Notes under the pieces: model-generated
The model's database searches: none
Seen by the model: the letters and a program-made list of their open reading frames with translations, nothing else
What the model was told of the DNA's origin: nothing
Source: an uncultured Planctomycetia bacterium
Lineage (GTDB): Bacteria > Omnitrophota > Gorgyraeia > 1-14-0-20-64-10
Assembly: GCA_964373715.1 (NCBI GenBank)
Contig: CAYJVR010000002.1
Span: 118,521 to 182,520 of the forward strand
DNA: 64,000 nucleotides
Reading direction: 5' to 3'
Program-made: the position numbers and the translations under genes
Shown here: one piece after another, positions 18,161 to 27,278 of the stretch
Position numbering within the stretch: position 1 is the stretch's first letter
Layout of the letters: each line of letters starts with the position of its first letter

Positions 18161-19269
18161 TTCGGTTGGCGGCTCAAAAAGGAACCGGCTCCGGCCGCGT
18201 CGCTGCGGACGGTTAAGACAGGGCCTTTTGCGGTGAAGCCGGGCGAGCAGGCGGGAGAGCGGACGAGAAATGCCGAATCGAGGTCGATGAACCGGAACGA
18301 ATTCGTTCCGCAGGCCAGATGGACGGAAGGAGAAAGCCCCAGCGCTGATTCGGCCATGCAGCCGATCATGAGACCGGTTGCTCCCCTTTTTGCCGCCCGG
18401 ATGATCTCCAGGGCGCCCAGAAGTCCTGATTTTGCCAGTTTAACGTTTACGACAGCCACCGTTTTTTTCCGGATCAGCTGTTTGGCTTCAGCGACACTGC
18501 GCGCTGACTCATCGGCCGCCACCGGTATGCCTGTTTTCCTCTGGACCTCGGCGAGCCCTTCCCTGTTTGAGCGGTGGACCGGCTGCTCAAACAGCCGTAT
18601 GGGGACTCGTTCCTTTCGCAGGGAGAGGCAAAGATTTTCCGCCTCCCGGACGCTGAACCCCTGGTTTCCGTCCATCAGGAGGTCGGCTTTTGGAAGAGCC
18701 CGGTGGACGGCGATCACCCGGCGGAGATCCTCTTCCGGATCTCTGCCGGCAACTTTAATTTTGAAATGCCGGAATCCCATCTGGTACGCTCTTTGCGCAA
18801 ACCGTACCGCTTCGGAAGATTTCCAGGCCGATACGGTCAGGCAGGTCCGGACGCAGGAGATTTTTTTGTGCCTGGGTTCTCCGGATTTAGCGGCAAGCCA
18901 GCGCCACAAAGGGATCCGCCGGTGCCGCGTCCAGGCATCCAGCAGTGCGCATTCGAGCGCCCCGGCCGCAGCCGGGTGATCAGCGGAGATTTCCCATGCC
19001 CGTGTGATTAATTGCTCGATCGCGGAAATTGGCCTGCCGGCGAACTCTTTTTTAGTCCGCAGCAAGACCGCCGTCATTGCGGACGGGGTTTCCAAAGGCC
19101 AGGCCAGCGATGAGGAAGCTTCTCCGTAGCCGGTTGAGCCGTCCTTAAGGCGGACTGTGATGAGAAGGTTCCGGCTGATGTTTTTTTCTCCCAGCGAGGT
19201 GATGAACGGCCGGCGCATAGGCACGTTCAGCGGTGTCAGGTTAATCTGTGAAATGAGGGAAGAGGTCAT
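18157..19269 (-). CDS. L-Ala-D/L-Glu epimerase (enolase superfamily, MR/MLE family dipeptide epimerase)
   Basis: KIKVAG...DGNQGF...DES (metal ligands) and VNVKLAKSGL motifs of MLE-type epimerases. Confidence 0.8.
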   Translation of the reverse strand: MTSSLISQINLTPLNVPMRRPFITSLGEKNISRNLLITVRLKDGSTGYGEASSSLAWPLETPSAMTAVLLRTKKEFAGRPISAIEQLITRAWEISADHPAAAGALECALLDAWTRHRRIPLWRWLAAKSGEPRHKKISCVRTCLTVSAWKSSEAVRFAQRAYQMGFRHFKIKVAGRDPEEDLRRVIAVHRALPKADLLMDGNQGFSVREAENLCLSLRKERVPIRLFEQPVHRSNREGLAEVQRKTGIPVAADESARSVAEAKQLIRKKTVAVVNVKLAKSGLLGALEIIRAAKRGATGLMIGCMAESALGLSPSVHLACGTNSFRFIDLDSAFLVRSPACSPGFTAKGPVLTVRSDAAGAGSFLSRQPK

Positions 19270-20317
19270 CGCTTACCGGGCTCGTCTGGGTTTCCCCCAG
19301 GGGTTCATCGGGGTTCTGGGCCGGCGGTTCATCAAGGTAAGTCCCATAGGAGATTTTCCGGACGCGAGTTTCTTTTTGAAGGCGCTCTGAAAGAAGGATT
19401 CGACGCACTCGCTGGCCGGTGCCCGGCCCCTCGATCACCTGGCCGTCTCCGATATAGAGCATCACATGAGTTACCTTTTGCGGGTCTGCCGGATCGTGCA
19501 AAAAGACGAGATCTCCCGGGGAAAGTTTTTCCGGCGGGATCGCGCGCGCCTGCATCCATTGTTCATGGGCATCCCGCGGGATTTCCAGGGCGTTTGCCTG
19601 ATAGACGAGACCGATGAGCCCCGAACAGTCTACCGTTCTTTGGGGGGGAGCCGAGACCTGCGGGTTATGGGCGGACCGGCCGCCCCAGTAGTAGGGGTCG
19701 TTTAAAAAAAGGCGCGCTGTTTTAACGAGTCTGCCGCGGAACGTTTCAATATCCTGCTGGGTTTCCGTCAATTTATTTAGAAGGGTGATTTCTTCCCGGC
19801 GGATCCAGCCTTCAGAATCATCCAGAAGGCGCAGTTTCCACCAGCCTCGTTTTTCTTCGTTGATTCCAACGAGATAGGTGCCCAGGGACAGAATGAAACA
19901 GATCTCGGCGTTGTCCGCAGGGTTTTTCCGGACCGTTCCTGATTTGGCGGTCACAACGATGTTTGGGAGCCATCTGTCGTCCGGATCGTCGGGTATAATG
20001 GCGGGAAGCCTGACCCATCCGGGGTATCCTTGCCAGCGTTCATGGTGGGTCCATTCCGCCTGGCCCTCCGCCTCGACGCGTCCCCAGCCGGATTTTCTCT
20101 CCAGCAGAAGGACCCTGTCTCCGTAAAGAAGCTGGCTTTCTTCGAGCGGATCATGATCGAGAGTCAGTCCGGGCGGGCCCGGCTCCTTCCGCAGATCGGC
20201 GACCGGGACGTTTACCCGGGACCATTCCTGTTCTATCTCCGGTGCTGCGTGGACGAGACAGATCGCGAGAAGGATAAAAATTAAACCGAAGATCGGGGCG
20301 GAACGCATATCTTCCAT
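19241..20317 (-). CDS. NlpC/P60 (C40) cell-wall peptidase with N-terminal SH3b-like domains (YkfC-like gamma-D-Glu-L-diamino acid endopeptidase)
   Basis: Signal peptide; C-terminal DCSGLIGLVY...H...HVMLYIG catalytic Cys/His signature. Confidence 0.8.
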   Translation of the reverse strand: MEDMRSAPIFGLIFILLAICLVHAAPEIEQEWSRVNVPVADLRKEPGPPGLTLDHDPLEESQLLYGDRVLLLERKSGWGRVEAEGQAEWTHHERWQGYPGWVRLPAIIPDDPDDRWLPNIVVTAKSGTVRKNPADNAEICFILSLGTYLVGINEEKRGWWKLRLLDDSEGWIRREEITLLNKLTETQQDIETFRGRLVKTARLFLNDPYYWGGRSAHNPQVSAPPQRTVDCSGLIGLVYQANALEIPRDAHEQWMQARAIPPEKLSPGDLVFLHDPADPQKVTHVMLYIGDGQVIEGPGTGQRVRRILLSERLQKETRVRKISYGTYLDEPPAQNPDEPLGETQTSPVSDDLFPHFTD

Positions 20318-20329
20318 TATAATAGGAGC

Positions 20330-21154
20330 GTGCGATTACGAGTCTTTTTCTGTTGCATGGCGGCGGCCTTAAGCCTCACCGCGGCCGTTACAACCTCTGC
20401 GGCGTTCCTGACGGTATCGTCCGCCGTTGCGGAAGCCGCCTCTATCGAGCAGTTTTCCAATGAGGAAGTGATCCTTCTTCACTCCATTCTGGGGCTGCTC
20501 AAACCCTTGGTTGAGGAGCGAAAAAAAGCCGGCACGGCCCCTCTGCTGACCTTCAAAGAGCTCTACGCCCCCTTGAAACCCGAGCAGCGCGTTTTTCTCG
20601 ACCAAATCCGGGCTTTGGAACCCAAGAACCTGGGCGGCGCCAGCCGCAAATTACCACTGCCGTCATCGGAGGACCGGTTCATTCGGCTCGATAACCAAAT
20701 GGTTTTGCGTGACGGTACAGCGACAGCGATAGACACGCAGTATCTTCCGGATATGGTTTACCGGGATTATCAGCGGATGATGGTTGCCATGGAACAGGAA
20801 CTCGGCAAGCGGCTCCTGGTGGAGTCCGGCTACAGATCCCCCGCCTATCAACTCTACCTTTTCCTCTTTTATATACCGAAGCACGATTACTCGATCCGGG
20901 AAACCAACCGGCACGTCGCTCTTCCCGGCTGCAGCGAGCATGGGAGCCCGAGTTGCCAGGCGATCGATTTCATCACGCCGAACGGAATTAATGGGGAAGA
21001 GCGGATCGAAGAATTTGAAGAGATTCAGGAGTACACCTGGCTTCTCAACAGGGGCAAAGAGTTCGGTTTCCACCTGTCTTATCCTCGGGGCGGTCCGTCG
21101 GCCTACGAACCGTGGCACTGGAGTTGGTCCGGCACCGAGGCAAAATCTCCGTGA
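20330..21154 (+). CDS. Peptidase M15 (VanY-like D-Ala-D-Ala / LD-carboxypeptidase)
   Basis: SGYRSPAYQ and SEHGSPSCQAIDF zinc-binding motifs (H-x6-D ... H). Confidence 0.75.
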   Translation: MRLRVFFCCMAAALSLTAAVTTSAAFLTVSSAVAEAASIEQFSNEEVILLHSILGLLKPLVEERKKAGTAPLLTFKELYAPLKPEQRVFLDQIRALEPKNLGGASRKLPLPSSEDRFIRLDNQMVLRDGTATAIDTQYLPDMVYRDYQRMMVAMEQELGKRLLVESGYRSPAYQLYLFLFYIPKHDYSIRETNRHVALPGCSEHGSPSCQAIDFITPNGINGEERIEEFEEIQEYTWLLNRGKEFGFHLSYPRGGPSAYEPWHWSWSGTEAKSP

Positions 21155-22548
21155 CCGGCGGCAACGGGAAAGGTCCTTTAGTCGAAGACGCGATCGCCGC
21201 GACGCAATCCCGCAAGGGGTCCTTGCGCCGGTCTCTGGGGCTTCTGGACGCGACCGCCTTGGTGGTTGGATGCACCATCGGCGTGGGAGTTTTCAGGGCC
21301 GCGGCGTCGGTGGCGAAACATCTCCATTCCAGCGGTCTTATCTTTCTGGTTTGGGTGGCGGGGGGCTTGATCTGCTTCTGCGGAGCCCTCTGTTACGCTG
21401 AACTCGGAGCCGCTTATCCGAAAGCGGGCGGGGATTATGTTTATTTGACGAAAGCGTACGGCAGGATCGCCGGTTTCCTTTTTGGCTGGACGAAGCTGTT
21501 TATTGAACGGATCGGCACGATTGCGATACTCGGGTTTGTCTTCGCCGAATATCTGGGGTTTCTTTTCCATTTCAGCCAGCAGGAGACGAAGGTGATGGCG
21601 ACCGCCGCGATCATCTTCCTCACAGCCGCCAACGCCATAGGTGTTCATGTCGGCAAGAGGATACAGAATTTTCTTACCGTCTTAAAGGTGCTTGCCCTGA
21701 CGGCCATTATTGTGGTCGGTTTGGCCGCAGGGAAAGGGAGCGTCGACCTTCTCCAGCCGGTTTGGCCGTCCCAGCCGGAGAGGGGACTGCTCGCCTCTTT
21801 CGGTGTGGCGCTGGTTTTTGTTCTCTGGACTTACGGCGGTTGGGCCGACTCGACTTATCTGGCGGAGGAGATCAAGCAGCCGGAAAAGAACATTCCCCTT
21901 TCAATGCTGTGGGGATTGGCGCTGATTACCGGGCTCTATCTGATTGTGAACATGGTCTACATGCTCTATATCCCTTTGGCTGAAATGCCCCAAAGGCCTT
22001 TGGTAGCCGCGGAGGTGATGCAGGCGGCCCTTGGCCCGATAGGGGGGAAGGTTACCTCTCTTATGGTGGCCTGTTCGGCTTTCGGGGCGCTCAACGGGAT
22101 GATCATTACCAGCAGCCGGATACTTCTGGCGGTTGGAAGGGACCATCCTCTTTTCGGGCAGCTGGCCCATATCCATCCGCAGTTTGCCACGCCCATCTGG
22201 GCGCTGACGTTTAACACGGTTGTGGCCTCTCTTCTGGTTTGGTTGGGCACATTCGAGCAGATCGTGACCTATTCTACCGTCGTCATCTCCGTTTTTTTCG
22301 CGATGGGCGCTTTTGCTGTTATTCTGCTGCGCTTGAAAGAGCCGAAAACACCGAGACCTTACCGGGTGTGGGGATATCCGGTCACGCCGCTTATTTTCGT
22401 GGCGGCGACCGCTGTTTTTATCGTGGACGTGGCGGTGATGGAGCCGAAAGCGGCGGTTTTCGGTTTTGGGCTGCTGGTTTTGGGTTTTCCTCTGTATGTC
22501 TGGTCGCAGGCGTTAAGAGGGGCAGGGGGCGGGAGTTGGGGGGCATAA
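21112..22548 (+). CDS. APC-family amino acid permease
   Basis: LLDATALVVGCTIGVGVF N-terminal signature and 12 TM helices. Confidence 0.8.
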   Translation: MALELVRHRGKISVTGGNGKGPLVEDAIAATQSRKGSLRRSLGLLDATALVVGCTIGVGVFRAAASVAKHLHSSGLIFLVWVAGGLICFCGALCYAELGAAYPKAGGDYVYLTKAYGRIAGFLFGWTKLFIERIGTIAILGFVFAEYLGFLFHFSQQETKVMATAAIIFLTAANAIGVHVGKRIQNFLTVLKVLALTAIIVVGLAAGKGSVDLLQPVWPSQPERGLLASFGVALVFVLWTYGGWADSTYLAEEIKQPEKNIPLSMLWGLALITGLYLIVNMVYMLYIPLAEMPQRPLVAAEVMQAALGPIGGKVTSLMVACSAFGALNGMIITSSRILLAVGRDHPLFGQLAHIHPQFATPIWALTFNTVVASLLVWLGTFEQIVTYSTVVISVFFAMGAFAVILLRLKEPKTPRPYRVWGYPVTPLIFVAATAVFIVDVAVMEPKAAVFGFGLLVLGFPLYVWSQALRGAGGGSWGA

Positions 22549-23327
22549 TGAGGCGGCGGGCGAGGGTCAGTGGCCGGATTTCAGGGATGGCCCTCCTTCA
22601 AATCCTTCTGATGTTTTTCCCGTGCCCCGTGTCTCTTGCCCCGGATTTTACTGCCTCGGCCTACGCGGCCATCATCTCTGCGCAGGAGTTTGCCCGTCTG
22701 CGTGAGCAGATGGTCAAAACGCAGATCGAGAAACGCGGTGTTCGGGATTCCCGCGTCTTAAGCGCGATAAGGAAAGTGCCGCGGCATCTTTTTGTGCCCG
22801 AGACGTTCCGCAGCGTTGCTTACATGGACCAACCTCTGCCTATCGGCGAGGAGCAGACGATTTCCCAGCCGTATATTGTCGCGCTGATGACTGAGCTGGC
22901 CGAGATCACAGAGGGGGAAAAGGTCCTCGAAGTCGGGACGGGGTCCGGTTATCAGGCCGCTGTTTTACTGGAGATGACCAAAAGGGTCTATTCGATCGAG
23001 ATCAACCCGAAACTGGCCGAATTCGCGAGGAAGAATCTCAGGAAGGCCGGCTACAGCCGGGTCAGAACTATTGTGGGGGACGGTTATCAGGGTTGGCCGG
23101 AGGCGGAGCCTTTCGACGCGATCCTTGTCACAGCCGCGCCGGACCATATTCCGCAGCCGCTTTTGGACCAGCTTGCGGAGGGAGGGGTGCTGGTGATCCC
23201 GGTCGGCCGCAGTCGGAGCGTCCAGACGCTGACGAAGATCCGAAAAAAAGAAGGGGAGATCATCACCGAAAGGTCTCAGCTCGTTTCTTTCGTTCCTTTG
23301 ATCCGCAAGAGAGGCAGGTTGCAATAG
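22548..23327 (+). CDS. pcm: Protein-L-isoaspartate O-methyltransferase with an N-terminal signal peptide
   Basis: ISQPYIVALM and LEVGTGSGYQAA (SAM motif I) plus GGVLVIPVG. The N-terminus MALLQILLMFFPCPVSLAPDFTASAYA looks like a cleavable signal. The ATG overlaps the permease stop by 1 nt. Confidence 0.85.
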   Translation: MRRRARVSGRISGMALLQILLMFFPCPVSLAPDFTASAYAAIISAQEFARLREQMVKTQIEKRGVRDSRVLSAIRKVPRHLFVPETFRSVAYMDQPLPIGEEQTISQPYIVALMTELAEITEGEKVLEVGTGSGYQAAVLLEMTKRVYSIEINPKLAEFARKNLRKAGYSRVRTIVGDGYQGWPEAEPFDAILVTAAPDHIPQPLLDQLAEGGVLVIPVGRSRSVQTLTKIRKKEGEIITERSQLVSFVPLIRKRGRLQ

Positions 23328-23370
23328 GCCTCGCTGTTTTTTGCCGTTTGAAACGCAGGAGGATACCGTG

Positions 23371-24363
23371 ATGAACCGCCGCGTTCTCTTTAGTGCCGTT
23401 CTTTTTTCGCCTCTCTTTCTTGGGGGGTCTGCGCCTGGTGTTGGAACTCCGTTTGAAAGGGCCTTTGAACTGACCTATGAAGTCCACGTGGATTCGATAC
23501 CTTCTTCCGCCAAGGAACTCAGGGTCTGGATTCCTCTGGCCGCGTCGGATGATCGGCAGAAGATCAGCAAACGGGTCATTAAGACCTCCGTTCCGTACAG
23601 GGTGACGAGAGAAAAAGAAAACGGCAACGACGTTCTTTATCTGGATATACGCAACCCGCTGCCGGCCTCGCTGGATTTGACGGTCGAGTATGAGGTGGAT
23701 GTGCGGGGTCAACGGGTTCTCTTGAAAGCCGCGCGGTCGGGGTCCTCATCGCTGAATCGCCGGATGGGTTTCTACCTGAAGCCGACCCGTTTTATGGTGA
23801 TTGACGACCGGATCAAATCCCTCGCGCAGTCGGTGACGAACGGCGCTGTTACTCCGGCCCAGAAGGCTGAGCGGATATACAACTACGTGATTGAACGGAT
23901 GAGTTACGACAAGGAGATTCCGGGTTGGGGAAAGGGAGACACGTTGAGGGCCTGCGAGGTCGGGGCGGGCAACTGCACCGATTTCCACTCCCTCTTTATC
24001 TCATTAGCCCGCGCTTCCGGCATCCCCGCCCAGTTTCAGATCGGGCTGCCTTTGCCGGATAAACAGGAAGGGGAGATTCCGGGTTATCACTGCTGGGCCC
24101 TGTTTTATCTGGAGGGGGTTGGTTGGGTGCCTGTGGACGCGTCGGAAGCGTGGAAGCATCGCGAAAAAGCAGGATATTTTTTCGGGACCTATGATCCTAA
24201 TAGGCTGGCGGTCAGTACCGGGCGGGACATTCAGCTGAGGCCATCGCCCGCCAATGGGCCGCTGAATATCTTTTTCTTCCCGCACGTCGAGCTCGATGGA
24301 AAACAGGTGGAAAAGGAAAAAATAAAAACGAAGTTCAAGTTCAAGAACATCGTAAAAAGCTGA
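23371..24363 (+). CDS. Secreted transglutaminase-like cysteine protease superfamily protein
   Basis: AGGAGG RBS 8 nt upstream of the ATG at 23371; signal peptide; GNCTDFHSLFISLARASGIPA core with downstream His/Asp. Confidence 0.75.
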   Translation: MNRRVLFSAVLFSPLFLGGSAPGVGTPFERAFELTYEVHVDSIPSSAKELRVWIPLAASDDRQKISKRVIKTSVPYRVTREKENGNDVLYLDIRNPLPASLDLTVEYEVDVRGQRVLLKAARSGSSSLNRRMGFYLKPTRFMVIDDRIKSLAQSVTNGAVTPAQKAERIYNYVIERMSYDKEIPGWGKGDTLRACEVGAGNCTDFHSLFISLARASGIPAQFQIGLPLPDKQEGEIPGYHCWALFYLEGVGWVPVDASEAWKHREKAGYFFGTYDPNRLAVSTGRDIQLRPSPANGPLNIFFFPHVELDGKQVEKEKIKTKFKFKNIVKS

Positions 24364-24379
24364 ACAAAAGGAGATCAGA

Positions 24380-24556
24380 ATGAGTAACCGGACCCTGTTG
24401 GCCGCGCTTCTTGGAATAAGCGCAGTGACCGTGTTAGCCTCCGGCTGTCATACGATGGAAGCGCACAAGAAAGACGACGCCTGCTGCGCGCCGACCCAAA
24501 CGCAACAGCCAGTATCTGGGCATGAGCATGGCGGTAAAGAGCATGGCGGCAATTAA
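24380..24556 (+). CDS. Small (58 aa) Cys/His-rich putative lipoprotein; below the 60-aa cutoff, so absent from the supplied ORF track
   Basis: AAAGGAG RBS at 24366-24372, ATG at 24380, signal peptide + LASGC lipobox-like site, then DACCAP...GHEHGGKEHGGN. Confidence 0.4.
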   Translation: MSNRTLLAALLGISAVTVLASGCHTMEAHKKDDACCAPTQTQQPVSGHEHGGKEHGGN

Positions 24557-24584
24557 CTGTATGATAAAAAAGGAGGCACTATTG

Positions 24585-24998
24585 ATGAACCGGTTTGTCA
24601 TTCTTTTGTTCGTGGTTCTGGGCTTGACTGTAATTCCCGCAGGGCTTTCTTTCTGCGCCGAACCCTCCGCCGAGCAGCTCAGGGAGACGATCCGGCAGTA
24701 CATCCAGAAGCAGGAGCAGGCCACCGGCGGTTTTACCGTCTCTGACCCAAAGGAGAAAGGCATGCTCAGAACGCTGTCGCTCATCCAGGTGCATGAGAGG
24801 GTCGGCAAAACGGGGGATTACTATTACTCCTGCACAGACATGCAGGATAGTGCCTCCGGGGATAAGCTGGATCTTGATTTTGATATTTCAGACGGAGGAA
24901 AAGAGCTGAAGGTTGTAGCTGTCCGGATCCATAAGGACAACGGCAAACCCCGCTACACCTACGGTGACAACGATCAGCTGATTTCTCTTTCCGAGTAA
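24585..24998 (+). CDS. Small secreted hypothetical protein (137 aa)
   Basis: AAAAAGGAGG RBS, ATG at 24585, signal peptide MNRFVILLFVVLGLTVIPAGLSFCAEP. Confidence 0.5.
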   Translation: MNRFVILLFVVLGLTVIPAGLSFCAEPSAEQLRETIRQYIQKQEQATGGFTVSDPKEKGMLRTLSLIQVHERVGKTGDYYYSCTDMQDSASGDKLDLDFDISDGGKELKVVAVRIHKDNGKPRYTYGDNDQLISLSE

Positions 24999-25012
24999 GA
25001 GGGTCTAGAGGG

Positions 25013-26563
25013 ATGCCCACGGCGACAACAGAAAAAAAGGTCCATATTCCGCCGATGGACCGGCACAACCAGGAGCTTGTTTCCAACGTTCACCCGTCCG
25101 ATTGGGTGAATCCGGAACCTTCCGGGCGCTACCATCTGGTTGTGATCGGAGCCGGCTCCGGAGGGATTGTCACGGCTGCCGGCGCCGCAGGTTTGGGGGC
25201 TAGGGTGGCCCTGATCGAGAAGCAGTTTCTGGGAGGGGACTGCCTGAATGCTGGCTGCGTCCCCTCCAAGTGCGTCATTCGGGCTGGCCGCGCTTTTGCC
25301 GACGTCCGGGATGCCGGCCAGTTCGGCATCCGTGTTCACGGCGTCGCCGAGGCGGATTTCCCGGCAGTGATGGAGCGTATGCGCCGGTTGCGCGCCCAGA
25401 TCAGCCATCACGATTCGGCAAAACACCTGCAAAGCCAGGGGATAGACGTTTACCTGGGAGCCGCGAGGTTCAGCGGCCCGGATACCGTGGAGGTGGGCGG
25501 TAAAACCCTCCGCTTTAAGAAGGGGGTGATCGCCACCGGCGCCCGGGCCGCCGATCCGACGATCCCGGGATTGGCGGAAGCAGGCTATCTGACCAACGAA
25601 ACGGTATTCTCTCTCACCGAACGCCCAGGCCACCTGGCGGTGATCGGCGGCGGGCCGATCGGCTGCGAGCTGGCGCAGGCGTTCCAGCGTTTGGGCTGCC
25701 GGGTGGCGATATTTCATACAGGCAATCACATCTTGAACCGGGAGGATGCCGACGCGGCCGGGATTGTCCAGCAGGTTTTCCTGCGGGAAGGAATACAGAT
25801 GGTTTTAAACGCCAAGATCCTCGGCGTTGATAAGAAAGGTTCGGAGAAAGCGATCCGGTTCGAGTCCGGCGGAAGGCCGGGATCTCTGGTATTTGACGAG
25901 ATTTTGGTCGGTGTCGGCCGGACGCCGAACGTCGAGGGGTTGAATCTGGACGCGGCCGGCGTTAAATGCGATAAGAAGAACGGAGTTGTTGTCAGCGACC
26001 GCTTGCAGACCGCAAACCCAAAAATCTACGCTGTCGGCGACGTTTGCATGGCCTATAAATTCACTCATGCCGCCGATGCCGCCGCCCGGATTGCGATAGA
26101 GAACACGCTGTTTCCGAATCTGGGGTTTATCGGCAATAAGAAACTCTCCGGTCTGGTGATGCCCTGGTGCACCTACACCGACCCGGAGATTGCCCATGTC
26201 GGCATGTACGAGAGGGACGCCCAGGGGAAAGGGATTCCGGTCGCAACCTTCGTTAAGAAATTCAGCGCGGTCGACCGGGCCGTCGTCGACGGAGAGCAGG
26301 ACGGCTTTGTGAAGGTTCACGTCCGCAAGGGGACCGACAAGATCCTCGGGGCCACGGTCGTGGCCAGGCACGCCGGGGAGATGATGAACGAGATTTCCTT
26401 GGCGGTCGTCAAAGGGATCGGCTTGGGGGCTCTTTCAGGAGTGATTCATCCTTATCCGACCCAGGCGGAGGCGATCCGGCAGCTTGGTGATGCTTATAAC
26501 GCGACCTTATTGACCCCTCGGGCGAAAAGCCTGCTGGCCGCATGGCTCAAATTCGCACGGTAA
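25013..26563 (+). CDS. Class I pyridine nucleotide-disulfide oxidoreductase (mercuric-reductase-like / dihydrolipoamide-dehydrogenase-like; no NmerA domain, no C-terminal Cys pair)
   Basis: FAD GxGxxG (VVIGAGSGG), redox-active disulfide GGDCLNAGCVPSK, NAD site VIGGGPIGCE, dimerisation-domain HPYPTQAE. Confidence 0.85.
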   Translation: MPTATTEKKVHIPPMDRHNQELVSNVHPSDWVNPEPSGRYHLVVIGAGSGGIVTAAGAAGLGARVALIEKQFLGGDCLNAGCVPSKCVIRAGRAFADVRDAGQFGIRVHGVAEADFPAVMERMRRLRAQISHHDSAKHLQSQGIDVYLGAARFSGPDTVEVGGKTLRFKKGVIATGARAADPTIPGLAEAGYLTNETVFSLTERPGHLAVIGGGPIGCELAQAFQRLGCRVAIFHTGNHILNREDADAAGIVQQVFLREGIQMVLNAKILGVDKKGSEKAIRFESGGRPGSLVFDEILVGVGRTPNVEGLNLDAAGVKCDKKNGVVVSDRLQTANPKIYAVGDVCMAYKFTHAADAAARIAIENTLFPNLGFIGNKKLSGLVMPWCTYTDPEIAHVGMYERDAQGKGIPVATFVKKFSAVDRAVVDGEQDGFVKVHVRKGTDKILGATVVARHAGEMMNEISLAVVKGIGLGALSGVIHPYPTQAEAIRQLGDAYNATLLTPRAKSLLAAWLKFAR

Positions 26564-26589
26564 GACCATCTCATGGAAGAGGATAAGAA

Positions 26590-27237
26590 ATGCGGTTTTT
26601 AAAGAAGGTACTTCTTATCGGATTGATTGCCGTGGTCGCCTATTTCGGCTGGAAATACCGGGCTAGCATCAGCCCGGAGGCGATCCGGGGCTGGATCTCC
26701 CGATTCGGATTGGCCGCCCCTTTTATTTATGTGGCGCTCTACGCGCTCAACACGGTCACCCTCCTGCCGCCGATAGCGATCCTGTCGTTCACGGCGGGTC
26801 TTGCGTTCGGGAAGGTGGTCGGTTTTGCGGCGCTGATGGCCGGAGCGATGACCGGAAGCACGGTCACCTTCTTCATTTCCCGGAAGCTCGGCCGGAGTTT
26901 CGTGGAAAAGCGCCTTCAGGGGAAGTTCAAATCGCTCGATGAAAAGATGGAGAAAAAAGGGTTCGCCACGGTGCTTTTTTTCCGGGCCGTGCCGATTGTT
27001 CCCTATGAGGTGCTGAACTACGTTCCCGGTCTTTCCCGTATCCGGTTCCGAGATTATTTCCTCGGAACTTTCCTTGGATTGATCCCCGGGGTTGGAATTT
27101 CGGTCTTTTTAGGAGATTCTTTAGCGACGATCAAATCAAACCCGAAAAATTTTATCATCGGTTTGGCGGCGATGGGTGTGATAATTGCCGTTCCCATCCT
27201 CTATCTGAAATTCAGGAAGAAACCGGAATCCCCCTGA
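26590..27237 (+). CDS. TVP38/TMEM64 (DedA-related, SNARE-associated) membrane protein
   Basis: Re-entrant helix pattern (LPPIAILSFTAGLAFG...FFRAVPIVPYEVLNYVPG) typical of the family. Confidence 0.75.
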   Translation: MRFLKKVLLIGLIAVVAYFGWKYRASISPEAIRGWISRFGLAAPFIYVALYALNTVTLLPPIAILSFTAGLAFGKVVGFAALMAGAMTGSTVTFFISRKLGRSFVEKRLQGKFKSLDEKMEKKGFATVLFFRAVPIVPYEVLNYVPGLSRIRFRDYFLGTFLGLIPGVGISVFLGDSLATIKSNPKNFIIGLAAMGVIIAVPILYLKFRKKPESP

Positions 27238-27278
27238 TATAATCAAAGAACCTTGATGGTTCAGCTCCGGAGCAGACA

